A stretch of DNA of 64,000 nucleotides from contig JAAOMT010000375.1 in assembly GCA_016748015.1 (NCBI GenBank), forward strand, positions 305,156 to 369,155, read 5' to 3'. How positions within the stretch are numbered: position 1 is the first letter of the stretch; each line of letters begins with the position of its first letter. Positions 1 through 12,045 of this stretch are shown here, piece after piece. The stretch comes from Geosiphon pyriformis uo1 (taxonomy: Eukaryota; Fungi; Glomeromycota). A program made the translations under genes and the position numbers. The notes under the pieces were generated by a model. The model ran no database searches. It saw only the letters and a list, made by a program, of their open reading frames with translations, and was not told the origin of the DNA.

Positions 1-2213
1 TTTTGGTTTTACCAATAGTTTTTGTAAAAAAAAAAATGGCAAAATCAGATTTTGTGTAAACTATCAATAACTGAATAGTATTATAATTAGAAATATCTAT
101 TTACTACTAAAAATTGACAACATGCTAGATGCTTTAGAAAAAGCCAAGTTTTTTTCAACTTTAGACTTGAAAAGTAAATACTGGCAAGTTTAAATAAATT
201 CCAAAAACCATCTCAAAACAGTATTTACTACTCAAAAAAAAAATTACGAATTCAATATAATGCTTTTTAAACTCTGTAATATACCAGCAATATTTCAAAG
301 ACTTATAAATATTGTTTATAAAGAACTCTTATGGCAATCAGTAGTTATTTACTTAAACAATACTAATATATACTTTTCTAGTTTTAAAGTCTATTTGATT
401 CATCTGTAAGAAGTTTTTTAATAATTACAAAAAGCAGAATTAAAATTGAACATTAAAAAGTATCATTTTGGAAAAACAAATTTGATTTTGCTTGAACATA
501 TTGTCAGCAAAGATAGAATCCAATCCAATTCAAAAACAATTAGTGTTGTTAAAAATTTTCAAATTCTCTAAAATATTACAGAACTAAGAAAATTTATAAG
601 ATTAGTCTTTTATTACCAAAAGTTCATCAAAAAATTCTCCAAAATTGCCAAACCACTCAATCATCTAATTAACAAAAATGTAAAATATCAATGAACATCA
701 GTTTAATAACAAGCATTTGATACTCTTAAAGAAAAACTTATTATAATTCCAATTTTCACTTATTCAGATTTTAGTAAAAAGGTTTAATTAGTCACTAATG
801 CTTCAATATAGTTTTTGGTATTATTCTATCATAATTGAATAATAACACTAATAAATAAGTAATTGTCTATATTAGTAAAACACTCAAACCAACTAAACTC
901 AAATATAAATTTACTGAATTAGAAGCAGCAGTTATTATTTGAACTTTAAAATACTTTTAACAATATCTTCAAAATGTATTTCAATTTAATATTATTACAA
1001 ATAATATTAGCCTTAAATGGCTTAACAAAAAAAACTTTAAACTTAATACCAAACAATCTTGATGATCTGATTTTCTAGCAGACTACAAATATATTGTTTA
1101 TTACAAACCAGGCAAATTGTATACAAATGTAGATAGTCTCTCCAAAATGAGACAGGATTAGAATTAACACTAATAAACCATCAACCCAACAAAAATTAAC
1201 AAATAAAAATAGATCCCAAAAACTATAATAATATAAAAACTATTTGAAGACTTTCAAAATACCAGAAAATTGGTTTTTAGCCAAGAAATACCAATTACAA
1301 TACCAATCTAAACAATATTTTCTGTATCACAACAAAATTTATTATCAAACCACCAAAACTCAACAAATTTACTTAGATTAATTCAACAAAATAAAAAAAC
1401 AAGCTTATATAATATGTACACAGATTTTTTATCAAAACATCTAGAAAAAAACAATACAATACAAAGAACATTAAAACATTATTTTTGGTTTTACATATAT
1501 CAAAATATTTAATAGTATATAGAATTATATAATAGTTGTCAAAAAAAAGAAGGAACTCAACTTACTGAACTCTTAAATCTAATCAAAGTTGAACAATTTT
1601 TTGACAGAATAAGAATCAATTTAGTCAAACCACTACCTATTATCACTCAAGAAAACTGTTATATCACTATTACAATAGACTATTTTACTAAATAATCTAA
1701 AGTCAGAGTTATTTAATAAGCAGATACAAAATCAGTAGCAAATTTCATATATGAAAACATTATTTGTAAACACAAATATCCAATTGAACTTTTATCTAAC
1801 CAAAAAACATATTTTATAAACAACATAATACAAGAAATTTGTAAACAATTTAATGTTAAAAGACTTTTATTGTTATTTTATTACCTATATACAAATAGAC
1901 TTATAGAATGATTCAATTGAATATTATGTGAATTACTAGCCAAAGTTTTAACCAATTTTGAGTAGAAATAGGATATTTTTATTTTATTAGTATTACTAAC
2001 ATATAGAACACTAAAACAAAATACCACAAAACACATACTTTTTGATATAATCTATAGAAGAACAACAATATTACCAATTAATTTTATTGTAGAAACATAT
2101 TCTATACAACCAATCAATAAAGAAAACTTTTAAAAACGCTTTAATAAAGAGTTTATACTCTTCTTAATACTTTGAAAAAAAAAATAACAAATAGCAACTA
2201 CTCATTTGAACAC
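1..2213 (+). pseudogene. Element E: heavily decayed Ty3/Gypsy pol fragment (RT-RNase H-integrase), cut at 2213 by B1
   Basis: Degenerate motifs in order: FCVNYQ*LN, FSTLDLKSKYWQV, KTVFTT, YLNN (350-361, YxDD position), RNase H region, integrase CQKK...FDRIRINL and TNRLIE*FN. Many stops and frameshifts. Confidence 0.85.
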
Positions 2214-4052
2214 TATTACTCATAGAAAAATATAAAGAAAGAAAACTAGAAAAACAGATAGACCAATAAAAAAATAGTACTTAACATATAAGCACAATAT
2301 TAGAAAACTATAACACATTGCTCAATAATATATATATTGCTAGTAAATTATAGTATACTGTTTAACAATATAAGCAATGTCAGTAAATTAGGGCACATTA
2401 TTCAACAATATAAATAATATCAATAAATTAGGGCACATTGCTTAAGAAAATATGAGATCTTATAAAACAAAAAATATGTATATATAATAAGAATCTTAGA
2501 AACAAAAAAGACAAAATTGATACCAAAATTCTCAGTTGGAATTTATTTAAGCATTCAGTTTAGAATTAATATTCACTATTCATTAATTATCTTATATCTC
2601 TTTTTTCAAAAAGTAGTTTCTACAACTTAAAGTGAAAACAAATTACATATCAATAAAATATCAATTACTACTTAAATCTATGTTATTATCATTTGATTAA
2701 AAAATATTTATTGCTGTTACAGTTCAAGAATTTAATAGGAATTATAAATAATATAAATTAGCCAATCATAAAATAACACAGCAACAATTTATAAAAAAAG
2801 AAATAATTTACAAATAACAGCAAGCACTATTTTACAATAGCAGTAAGTACTATCATGCAATAGCAGCAAGCACTATCATGCAAAAGCAGCAAGTACCATT
2901 TAAAAATAACAGAAATAGAGTATTACAAGATGTTATTTTGTAAAACAATAATTATATATATATACAATAGTTTTTAATGATAAAAAAAACAGCTTTAACT
3001 TGAAGCAACAAATATCTAAATAAAATCTTATTCAAAAATAATTAATAAAAAAATAATAAATTGAATAAACATCACAATTACAAAATTAACAATAAAATTC
3101 ACATACCCTCTCTAATGAATGAAACTATCATTTCATCTCTGAACTCTTTGGAAGAATAATTTCTGATCAAGATTATTCACGTGATTACTAATTAAATTAA
3201 AAAAGCTTTATTATATACTTAGGGAAATCACAAAAAGGCCATTAACATTCTATGTTTCTAAATTAAAAAAACACATCAGGCAATTGCAAGAATAGCCTCA
3301 AAAAAGACCTCAGACAGTGGGTAGATTTCAGATTAGTCTCTGAAAAAAAGTACACAATATACAAAGACAATTAGAATTAGAGAAAAAGCTTACATCACAA
3401 CATCAAAAGAAAATCTTCAGTATATTATCATTAATATCCAATACATAAAATAGAAGAACTCACAAAAGACTGATTGCAATTAAAACAGGAGATCAACAAT
3501 TAAAATATACCAAAAAAACACTCTTGTAACATTGCTTCCATTCTATCAACATGAAATGTTAATAAAATCTAATACTTAATCATATTGAACCAATAGCTCT
3601 TGATCATAGTTATTGACAGAATACTAATTTTTTATTTTCTTTTATTTTTTTTCATTTTTTTTATTTTTTTCATTTTTTTTATATTTTTTTTGTTGTTTGT
3701 TGATTTATTAACTGATTAAAAGGATTAAAAATTAAGTAATTTGATGTTAAAAATAGCCTGATAAAAAACCCAGAAATAAGAGTAGAGAACTCAAAAATTA
3801 AGAATAGCTTACCAAAAGAGCATAACTACTAGAATAAACCAGCCACTACATTAAAGAAAAAAATTTGACAAAATAACCATTCTAAAAGACTACTAAAACC
3901 AATCATTGAATCTCTGTTTATTATACAAAGGACTCAACCAAAAATTTTTAGATAACTAAAATCTTCAAATATTATTAATTATATATTAACTATTGAGCAC
4001 CAAATTACAGATTTGTTATTTGTTTCTATACTCCAAATAATCATCTGTAACA
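2214..4052 (+). repeat. 5' LTR of B1 (D type), interrupted by solo LTR F1
   Basis: Starts TATTACTCATA (decayed TGTTAC), ends ATCTGTAACA and is followed by a PBS. Homologous to the reverse complement of 20201-21168. Contains a 20/21-bp alternating tandem array at ~2280-2445. Confidence 0.8.
2715..3531 (+). repeat. Solo LTR F1 (817 bp)
   Basis: TGTTACA...TGTAACA termini, perfect TSD TTGC (2711-2714 / 3532-3535), ~23-bp tandem units CAATAGCAGCAAGCACTATCATG at ~2812-2900, inverted second copy at 42211-42974. Confidence 0.9.
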
Positions 4053-4054
4053 TT

Positions 4055-4071
4055 TAGTGCTCTCTATAAGA
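4055..4071 (+). promoter_or_regulatory. Primer-binding site of B1 (decayed)
   Basis: TAGTGCTCTCTATAAG two bases after the LTR-terminal CA; matches the PBS of B2, A1 and A3. Confidence 0.75.
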
Positions 4072-4360
4072 TATAATTCAGCAAAAAACCAGTACCAACA
4101 ACAATTATTTGAAAAAGTAGCAGACCAAAAAAGTATAGGAAAAAACCATTTAGAATTCACAAAATTCTTATTTTAGCATTATAAAAATTACTTCAGATTA
4201 ATAAGCAACAATTGGCTAGCAGAATTAGTTTTTAATTTTTATGTTAACAAAAAAATCAAATCTTACTTGGAAGTTCAAAGAAATCTAAAAACTGCTTTTA
4301 ATAACTTCAATAGTGAATTACTTCAAAGCACCATATATCTACCAAACTATTTGTTTGCAT

Positions 4361-5490
4361 TGTTATCTAAGTAGTAAAACCAATCCAAAGTTATGAAAAA
4401 ACGTAACCAAAATGTGACATAACACAGAATAATGCACAATAATGTTAAATAACACGTTATAACTTAGGATAATACAAGATAACACATTATAATGTGGAAT
4501 AACACAGAATAATATATAATAACACCAAATAACGTGTTATAACATAGGATAACTAGTGATAATATAAAAAAATAAAGCAATAACAGAAATAGCAAAGCAA
4601 TAGCTAACAATAGCAAGATAATTAAAAGCAATCCTGTAAAATCAAAGGAATGTATAAAAGCAAGTAGTTGTAGAAGTTAGAAAAAACAGATAGTAAAAAA
4701 CAAAATTAATTTTTTTTCTTATATCTATTATATTTTATATTTAAGTCAAAATATAACTAAAACAATTAATTATTTAATTATCTCTCCTTTCAAAAGATAA
4801 AAAAAAAATTCCTGAAAAATTCAACAATATCCTTCTTTCAAAAGATAGTTTTTTATAACTTGAAATGAAATCATTCCCTTATTAATAAAATTATTTATTA
4901 TTATTGAATTCATGTTATTATCACTTGATTAAGAATATTAATCATTTTCACCACTATTAATACTCTATGTTAATAAAATTTAATACTTAACCATCTTAGA
5001 CCAATAGCTCTTAATCACAACTATTGATGAGATACTAATTTCTTATTTTTTTTTTATTTTTTTATTTTTTATTTTCTTTTCTTTTCTTTTATTCTTTCTG
5101 ATGAAACAGCAACATAGGAAAATTGACTGTCTGAGAATAAACTTCATAATAGCCTGGTAAAAGAGGGAGGCTTCTCCTAAGTTTTGGATATTAATATTAT
5201 CTTAATAGCTTACCAGAAAAGCAAAAAAACAATACTGGACCCTAATGACTGCACTCATTAGCTCAAAGAAGATAGCTCACATTTATAGGAAGTTGCAACA
5301 TGTGAAGACAAAACTTTGGGCCTTATAATCAAAGAACTCCACAAGTAAATTCATATTAATTAAAGAGATTTTCAAAGACTGATAATACACCAAACAAATC
5401 TACTAAAAGAAAGCCATCAAAAGCTCCCTAGAAACCCAAATTTTGAGCACCAAATATTACTACCACATAACTCCAAGTTTACCCATAACA
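4361..5490 (+). repeat. Solo LTR C1 (1130 bp) inserted in B1 gag
   Basis: TGTTAT...ATAACA termini, TSD GCAT/GCAC, host gag frame resumes exactly, homologous to LTR 23153-24180, 10-bp ATAACAC-type tandem array at ~4419-4560. Confidence 0.88.
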
Positions 5491-6694
5491 GCACCAATAA
5501 TTACAAAAATAAATAAAAAAATTGAAAATTACACCTAGCAAAGATTTTCTATTATCTTTGCAGACAAAAAAAAATTACAAACACCAGCAAAAACACCAAA
5601 AAAATACAACCATCTACTTAAAAGAAACTAAGAGTCATTTTACTCATTTTACTTATTCACTTATCCTATTACTACATATTTGAAAGTACTATCAATATAC
5701 TATTAGAAAGTGCATTATTATTAGCAAAAACACTATTAGCAAGAATAATATTCTAAAGCCAACAAGAAAAAACTGATCTATTGAAAACTTACAGTAATTT
5801 TTTTGAAGGATTTAAAACACAATTACCAATGCTATCAAGATTTCAATTACTGCCATCCCAGCCCAATTTTAGAGCTGTTAGTTTTTGAAAAATAACTGAT
5901 TTAAAAGAAAAAAAAAATAACAATCAAGAATTTAAATACCAAAACCCAATTTTAAAAAACCTGGAAATACAAACTCAAATTGTTTAGGTTTAATAAAACC
6001 TAAACAATTTAAACTCCACTCTTATTGTCTTTCAAAACTTACCTTTAGTAATCTTAATTAATTCACCACCAGTTGTCTCAATTGTTGGACAATAACAATA
6101 GTCACAACCACAATCTTAACTATTGCCATAACAACTATTTTAATAACAACAACTACTATCACAACCAATTATAGCACTAATGGTATATGCACCCATAGCA
6201 AAATTAAAAAAATTCAATGACAAAGAAAACAATGCCCAAGCATAATTAAATAATATCATAAAAGCTATTACTGCTAATAATTAGAATGGTATTAGAGTCT
6301 TACAAGTCATTTTGTACTTCTTACAAGATACCACTAATTCGTAATATCAAAGCTTGATCAACAAACTTATTATCTTTAATGCATTTAAAACTGAATTTTT
6401 AAAATACTTTAACAATAATAACAGCATTAATCATTTAGCAATAACATTTATTACCATCAAATAAGATGACACTAAAGCAGTCATTACTTATTTAAAATGT
6501 TTTCATAAAAATCTGCACCAAATTCAAGCCATCAATGCTAATTATTTTACAGCACCACAAATCATAAATTAGTTTATCTGTGGTCTGTTTAATAGTATTT
6601 TATAACACATATATCTATTATATTTCCAAACACTCCAAGATATAGTTACAAATGCCCAAGATTTTGAATTGGCTAAATTAAAAGCCAACTATAC

Positions 6695-7338
6695 TGTTAC
6701 AGATGGGAGTAACAAGCTAACAGATAACAAGAAAGAACAGAATTGTAAGGTGATAGAAATAATCAAAAGGGATTCAACTTCAATGAGTGAATTGAATGAG
6801 TATGGATTCAATGTGCAAGATTAGTCTCATAAAATATCTTAGTTACTATTCTTTTCAAAAGGTAACAAGAGAATCTGAAGGTAGAGAGATAGTTCATACT
6901 GTCAACAATTGATTACTGCTGGTATTAATTCAATGTCTTTACATCGGTGCTCTTAGAATTCAATATTAGGTATTAACTTGTGTTCTTCAGTCACATTTAT
7001 ACAAATAGTCTTTAAATACTACAATTATTCAAACAGAAAAAGGCCAACAAGTAATCTTTTATCCTAAGATGTTTGGATACTTGAAGGTAGGGAAAGAGAA
7101 ATTAGCGATAAGAAAGTGATTGAGATGAAAGTTGTTATTTTTATTTATTTGATTTTTGTCTGAGAGATAATTTTCTACAGCTAAAAGACTCATTGCTTAT
7201 ATAGTTATTGAAAGTGGTCAACGACCAGGTTAACAACTAGGTCAATGATCACTATCTAAAAATAGAGTGGCTAATTATATAACATTAGTGGCTAATACAT
7301 GTGATAACTAATAAAAATTATGGGTTTCAACCATAACA
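6695..7338 (-). repeat. A1 3' LTR (644 bp)
   Basis: TGTTA...TAACA termini; direct repeat of 13642-14261; PPT adjacent. Confidence 0.93.
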
Positions 7339-7964
7339 TTATCCTCTCCAAAAAGATTGAGCTCCAGCAAAATCAAGCTATTTATAGGGTATTCTAATTG
7401 AAGGGTTTTGTTTAACTCAAAACTAACTAGTTTGTTGAAGTCTTTTGTGAATAGAGTGTATAGTACTTGAGGCGAAATAAGCTTTGTATTCAAGAGACCA
7501 AATCTTTATATAAGAGTTTTGGCTTTTCTTGTAATGGTCAAAACTCTTGGGATATCTAAACGTATAATACCCAAAATTTCCACTTGTATCTCTGAAGTTG
7601 TTTTCTTCATGAGCTTCATTTCTTCTATGATTTCACCAAGACAATTATAGAGTTTTAGTTGTCTTCTATATGACAAGTTTTTGTCTATAGGCAAGATTTC
7701 CTTAATCATTTTTTCAATTGTCATGGAAGGTGTAAGTATTGCTGCTGTTATGCTTTCCAGCAAATACTTATCTATTTTGCTACCAATTTTTTCTCTTCTG
7801 GTAGTGGTTTTTTTTGGTCTAATAACAGTATGTGTTCTACTGTTATCAGTTATGGTGGTTTGTTTTCCAATAGTTAGAGTAGCATTTGGATAATTTTTGA
7901 TCTAGTACTCATAGAGAGTGTAGAAAGCGTTTTGAATGTTTTGATCTAGGAAATAATTGTTCAT
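7308..7964 (-). pseudogene. A1 ORF3, ~218 aa accessory protein of unknown function in the env position
   Basis: ORF-track pieces 7506-7763 and 7308-7493 are in frame with an ATG at 7964 (MNNYFLDQNIQNAFY...). It has two premature stops; A3 has CAA at one and a different stop (TGA vs TAG, ancestral TGG) at the other. Confidence 0.75.
7339..7349 (-). promoter_or_regulatory. Polypurine tract of A1
   Basis: GGAGAGGATAA on the minus strand directly before the 3' LTR; equivalent tracts at 25138-25148 and 46038-46048. Confidence 0.8.
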
Positions 7965-8005
7965 GTCAATTAAAGATATCTCTGTTTTGGAAATGGTGTA
8001 TTTAT

Positions 8006-11000
8006 TTATATCTAATTTTTGTTGATCATTTAGGTCGGTATTACCACAACAGATAACCAATCAAGTCGTTTGTGATATTTCTTAAGTCATGTGCCATGAA
8101 CAGAGTGATCATTGAAGATTGTTCCATATTGATCTTGTAAGATATAAGAACCATTGTTCAAAACTTTGTTGACTATAAAGAGTCTTTTCCACCAGCTAGA
8201 GAATTTATCACCATAGACATTGTCTCTGTCTGAACAGTATTCTAAAACTAAGTCACCAACACTTAAGGAAAGTGTTTTATATGTTTTCTTTTTTTTAAGC
8301 TTCTCTTGAAATTGTTTTATCTTTTTAAAGGCAATTATCTGTGCTTCTACTAATGAGTCAAGAATGGTACCAAGTTTTTTTTGCAAAATGTCTTTGTAAT
8401 TCCCTATTGTTATTTCTTTAAAGAGTATTGTCTTAATGTTAGTTTTTATTGGTAGGGTTGTCATTTGTCCATAGAGTAGATAAAAGGATTCATAACTTGT
8501 TATGTCATGATTTACAGTTCTATAAGTGAACAAAGCTGAAGGCAGTACTTTGTCCTATAAGTTTGTTTTTTTGCTGGTTTTGGCTAGGGTTTCACATAGT
8601 GTTCTATTGAAATGTTCTACTAGGCCATTTGTTTGGGAGTGATAAGGAGAGGAAAGTTTGTGACATATTCCCATTTTTCTGCAAAGTTCTTCAACAAGTG
8701 TACTGAGAAAAGCTTTTCCTCTGTCAGATAAAAGTTCTTTGGCACAGCCATGGTGACAAATGATATCTTCATAAATGAAATTGGCTATTGAGACTGCTGT
8801 TTGGTCTGAAGTGGCTCTTGCTTCTACTTACTTTGTAAAATAGTCGGTAGCTGTAATAATATATCTGTTGCTATCAGGAGTTATTGTTAAAGGTCCAACA
8901 ATATCTATACCAATTCTGTCAAAGAGTTGACCAACAGAGATTGGATGGATATCTTCTTTGCAATTGGGTTTTCCTCTTTTTTGGCAGATATCACAGGTTT
9001 TGATGTATTCAACAATGTTTTTTTTCAAGGTAGGCCAATAATAGCAAGCTAGAGTTTTCTGAATTGTTTTTGTTTTTCCAGTGTTCAGCTAATAGATCAG
9101 TGTGTATATTGTAGATCACAATTTCTCTTTCTTCAAATCTGATGACTCTCTGGGGGTGGTCAGGATCTTTTTTATTTCTTTTATAAAGTTGGTTCTGGTG
9201 AATCAAATAGAAATTTGATTGTTTGTGCAAATGTTCTCTTTGTTGTCGTGTGTATTTTGGTGGGTATTGTTCTTTATCCAAAAATTCTATTAAGGCAGAG
9301 TAGTTGTCCAAGTCTATTATCATGTTTGTCAAAAAGGGGGAATTATTAATAATTAAGTTGGTTTGGTTTAAGAGGGTTGTTCTGTCACTGGATGGTAAGT
9401 CTGGAGAGAGCATCAGCATTTTGATGATTAGCTCCTTTGCAATGTTGAATATCATAGTCAAATTCATCCAAGTGAAGTATCCAGCAAGTTATCTGTTTGT
9501 GTTTTAGCCTCTTTTTGTTGTACAGCCAAACCAAAGCTTGGTAATCTGTTACCACCAAAAACTTCACACCAAGAAGATACTTACTTCAGTAACTGGTGGA
9601 CCATACTACTGCTAAGCATTCTTGTTCAGTGACTGAATAGTTCTGTTCTGTTGGGGAAAGAGTTCTACTGGCATAGACTATGGCATGTTTTTTGCCATCT
9701 TCATTTTTCTGGAAGAGAACAGCACCAAGTTTAAAGCCAGATACATTAGTGTAAAGGATAAAGGGTCGATCTAGATCAGGTTGCTTAAGGATGGGTTCTG
9801 TAACCAGTTTTTCCTTTAAAGTTTCAAAGGCTTTTTGCTGATGTGTTCCCCAATGGTAATTGACATTTTTCCTGAGTAGTTGATTGAAAAAAGAGGCAAT
9901 TTTGGAGAAATCCTTGACAAATTTGCGATAATAAGAGGCCAAACCAAGAAAAGAGTGTAGTTTATGAATATTCATTGGTTGTTTGATGTTTTGGACTTTT
10001 TCAACTTTGGCTGAGTCAGGAAAGATTCCATCTTTTGTGATAAGATGACCAAAGAACTGGGTGGATTGTCTTCCAAAGAAAGATTTAATTGGGTTGATCT
10101 TGAGACCAGCATTTCTGAGGAGGTCAAAAACCTTTTGCAAATGTTCCAAGTGTTCCAAATAGACTAGAACAAAGTTTTTTTTGGCTGATTTAAATACTTT
10201 ATCCATTAAGCGTTGAAAGGTGGGAGGGACGTTGGTGAGACTAAAAGGCATGACTCTGAATTCATAGGTACCATACTTGGTGATGAAAGCAGTTTTTTTT
10301 CTGCTTTCTGAATCCATTTCTACTTGCCAGAATTCAGCAGTTAAGTCAATGGTTGAGAAGAAAGCAGCATCTTTGAATTGGTCTAACATTGCATCAATCT
10401 TGAGAAGTGGGTACATGTCTCTTTCAGTGATGGCATTTAATTGGCAGTAGTCGACACAGAAGTGTAGTGTTCCACTTTTTTTGGATACCACTACAACTGG
10501 AAAAGCCCATTCACTCTTGGTTTCTTGTATGAATCCAAGTTCTTTCATCTGGTTTATCTCTTTCTTGATAAACTCATCATTGTGTTAATTGGATTGATAA
10601 GGCTTCAAATGGATGGGTCAAGTTTCTCTGGTAGTAATGGTGTGTTGTATCACATAGGTATGTTCAGAGGTATCATCTTCTTTAGAGATAACTGGGCTAT
10701 TTCTAGCCAGCAAATTTTCAATGTCTATTTTTCTTTCTTCTGGGGAGAGTTCTTTTTGTTCCACAACCAGTAATTAGATCTCAGGTGGTTCATTCTCAAA
10801 GGACTTCTGTACTTCTTTCAATTCTTCTCTGGGTATCAAACTGATTGATTCCCAATCTCTGTAATAGATCAGGCATAATTTGCATTCATCGCTTGAAGAA
10901 TACAAGAGTTTGTTGCACCAACACCAGGCACAAGAACCATGCCACCAAAAACTGTATTTGGCTTTCTTGCCAGGTTTTCTTTCAAAGATTCTTCTAAGAA

Positions 11001-12045
11001 TATCATAATAAGGCCAGCAGATCAGCTTGCCATTTACAATGATTCTTTCTTTGTCTGCTTTAACATTGTTCAGTGGTTTGTCATTGCTGGTGAAAGTGGT
11101 ATAGGCGAGTTCAGCAGTTTCTTCTTGCTCTTCTTGTTCTTCTTTTTCATCGCTCTTTTTATCATCTGATTCATCTGATTGTTTTTCTTCTTGGTTTTGT
11201 TTGGGTACTGGAGGAGTTGTCTAATGGCAACACTTAACTATAATGGGTTTCTTACCACATCTGATGGTTAATTCACAAAGTTTATAATCAAGCAAAGCTT
11301 TTGCTTTCTTGAGCCATTCATTGCCAACAATGATGATATATTCTTTGGCTTCAGAAACTTCTATGTCAGTTTCAATGCTGATTCTATTGATGCGAACAAA
11401 AACAGCTTTGGCAATACCCAGTCCTTTCTTTTTGTCACCATGTACATTGGTTATTGGTCTGGTAAAAGGTTCATCAATTTTTCTACCAATTGCTTCCAAA
11501 AAGTGTTTGGCAATGACACTAACAGATGATCTACTGTCCAGAATTAAGTTAATGAAGTATTTAGTCACTTGGGCTTTACAAATCAGAGAAATGACATTGC
11601 TGTTGTCAGCAAATCCAGCTTGGTAAAGGCACTTGTTGGTTTTTGATGTCTTCTTCTTTGAAATTAAGAATTTGTAAAGATCCTTTCTGAACTGTGAGTG
11701 GGTCATTAACTGGCCAAAAGTAATATGTGCTGGGGTTTTCATGAGATCTTTGACAACGGAATAGGGTCCAGATTTTTGTACAATTTCTGGGGGTTCCAAC
11801 TTTGGAGGATTCTTAAAAACTTTAGCCTTTGATGGCTTATTGTTATCAGCAGCAGAAGTTGAGACTTTGTTGGAGTCTAGAACAAAATCAACCTTTGCTT
11901 TCTTCTTCTTTCTGGTTGGTTCTGAGGTGTTGATTGCTAGTTTATTTATGTCATAGTCATTATCAGTTAAGTTAAAAGCGTAAAAAAAGTTTTCTTCTGG
12001 TTGGCTTGCACTCTCACTCTTTGGAAATGCGTCTACCAGTTTAAA
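8006..12045 (-). pseudogene. pol: A1 pol (PR, Cys-rich insert, RT, RNase H, integrase)
   Basis: LILDSRSSVS (protease DSG), FCVDYCQLN, KTAFITKYGTYEFRVMPF, RNase H ILYTNVS...EQECLAVVW, integrase CDICQK...GIDIVGPL. The YxDD region is removed by an in-frame deletion at ~10155. Confidence 0.92.
11995..12045 (-). promoter_or_regulatory. Putative -1 ribosomal frameshift signal at the gag/pol junction
   Basis: T TTA AAC heptamer (12039-12045) just before the gag stop; pol continues in the -1 frame. Conserved in A2 (39795-39801) and A3 (50730-50736). Stem-loop immediately downstream. Confidence 0.75.

Noticed and set aside
5098-5108. CTGATGAAAC as a hammerhead ribozyme core
   Set aside because: No stem II between CTGATGA and GAAA, and not conserved in the C2 LTR.
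7681-7893. Hydrophobic plus-strand ORFs (also 46380-46592, 10939-11169, 31938-32291) as membrane or Env proteins
   Set aside because: Antisense shadows of A-rich TE coding strands, which give F/L/V/I-rich translations.
8087-8089. TGA after VHGT shared by A1, A2 and A3 as programmed read-through
   Set aside because: More simply CGA (Arg of the VHGxRLK motif) lost by CpG decay, the dominant mutation here.
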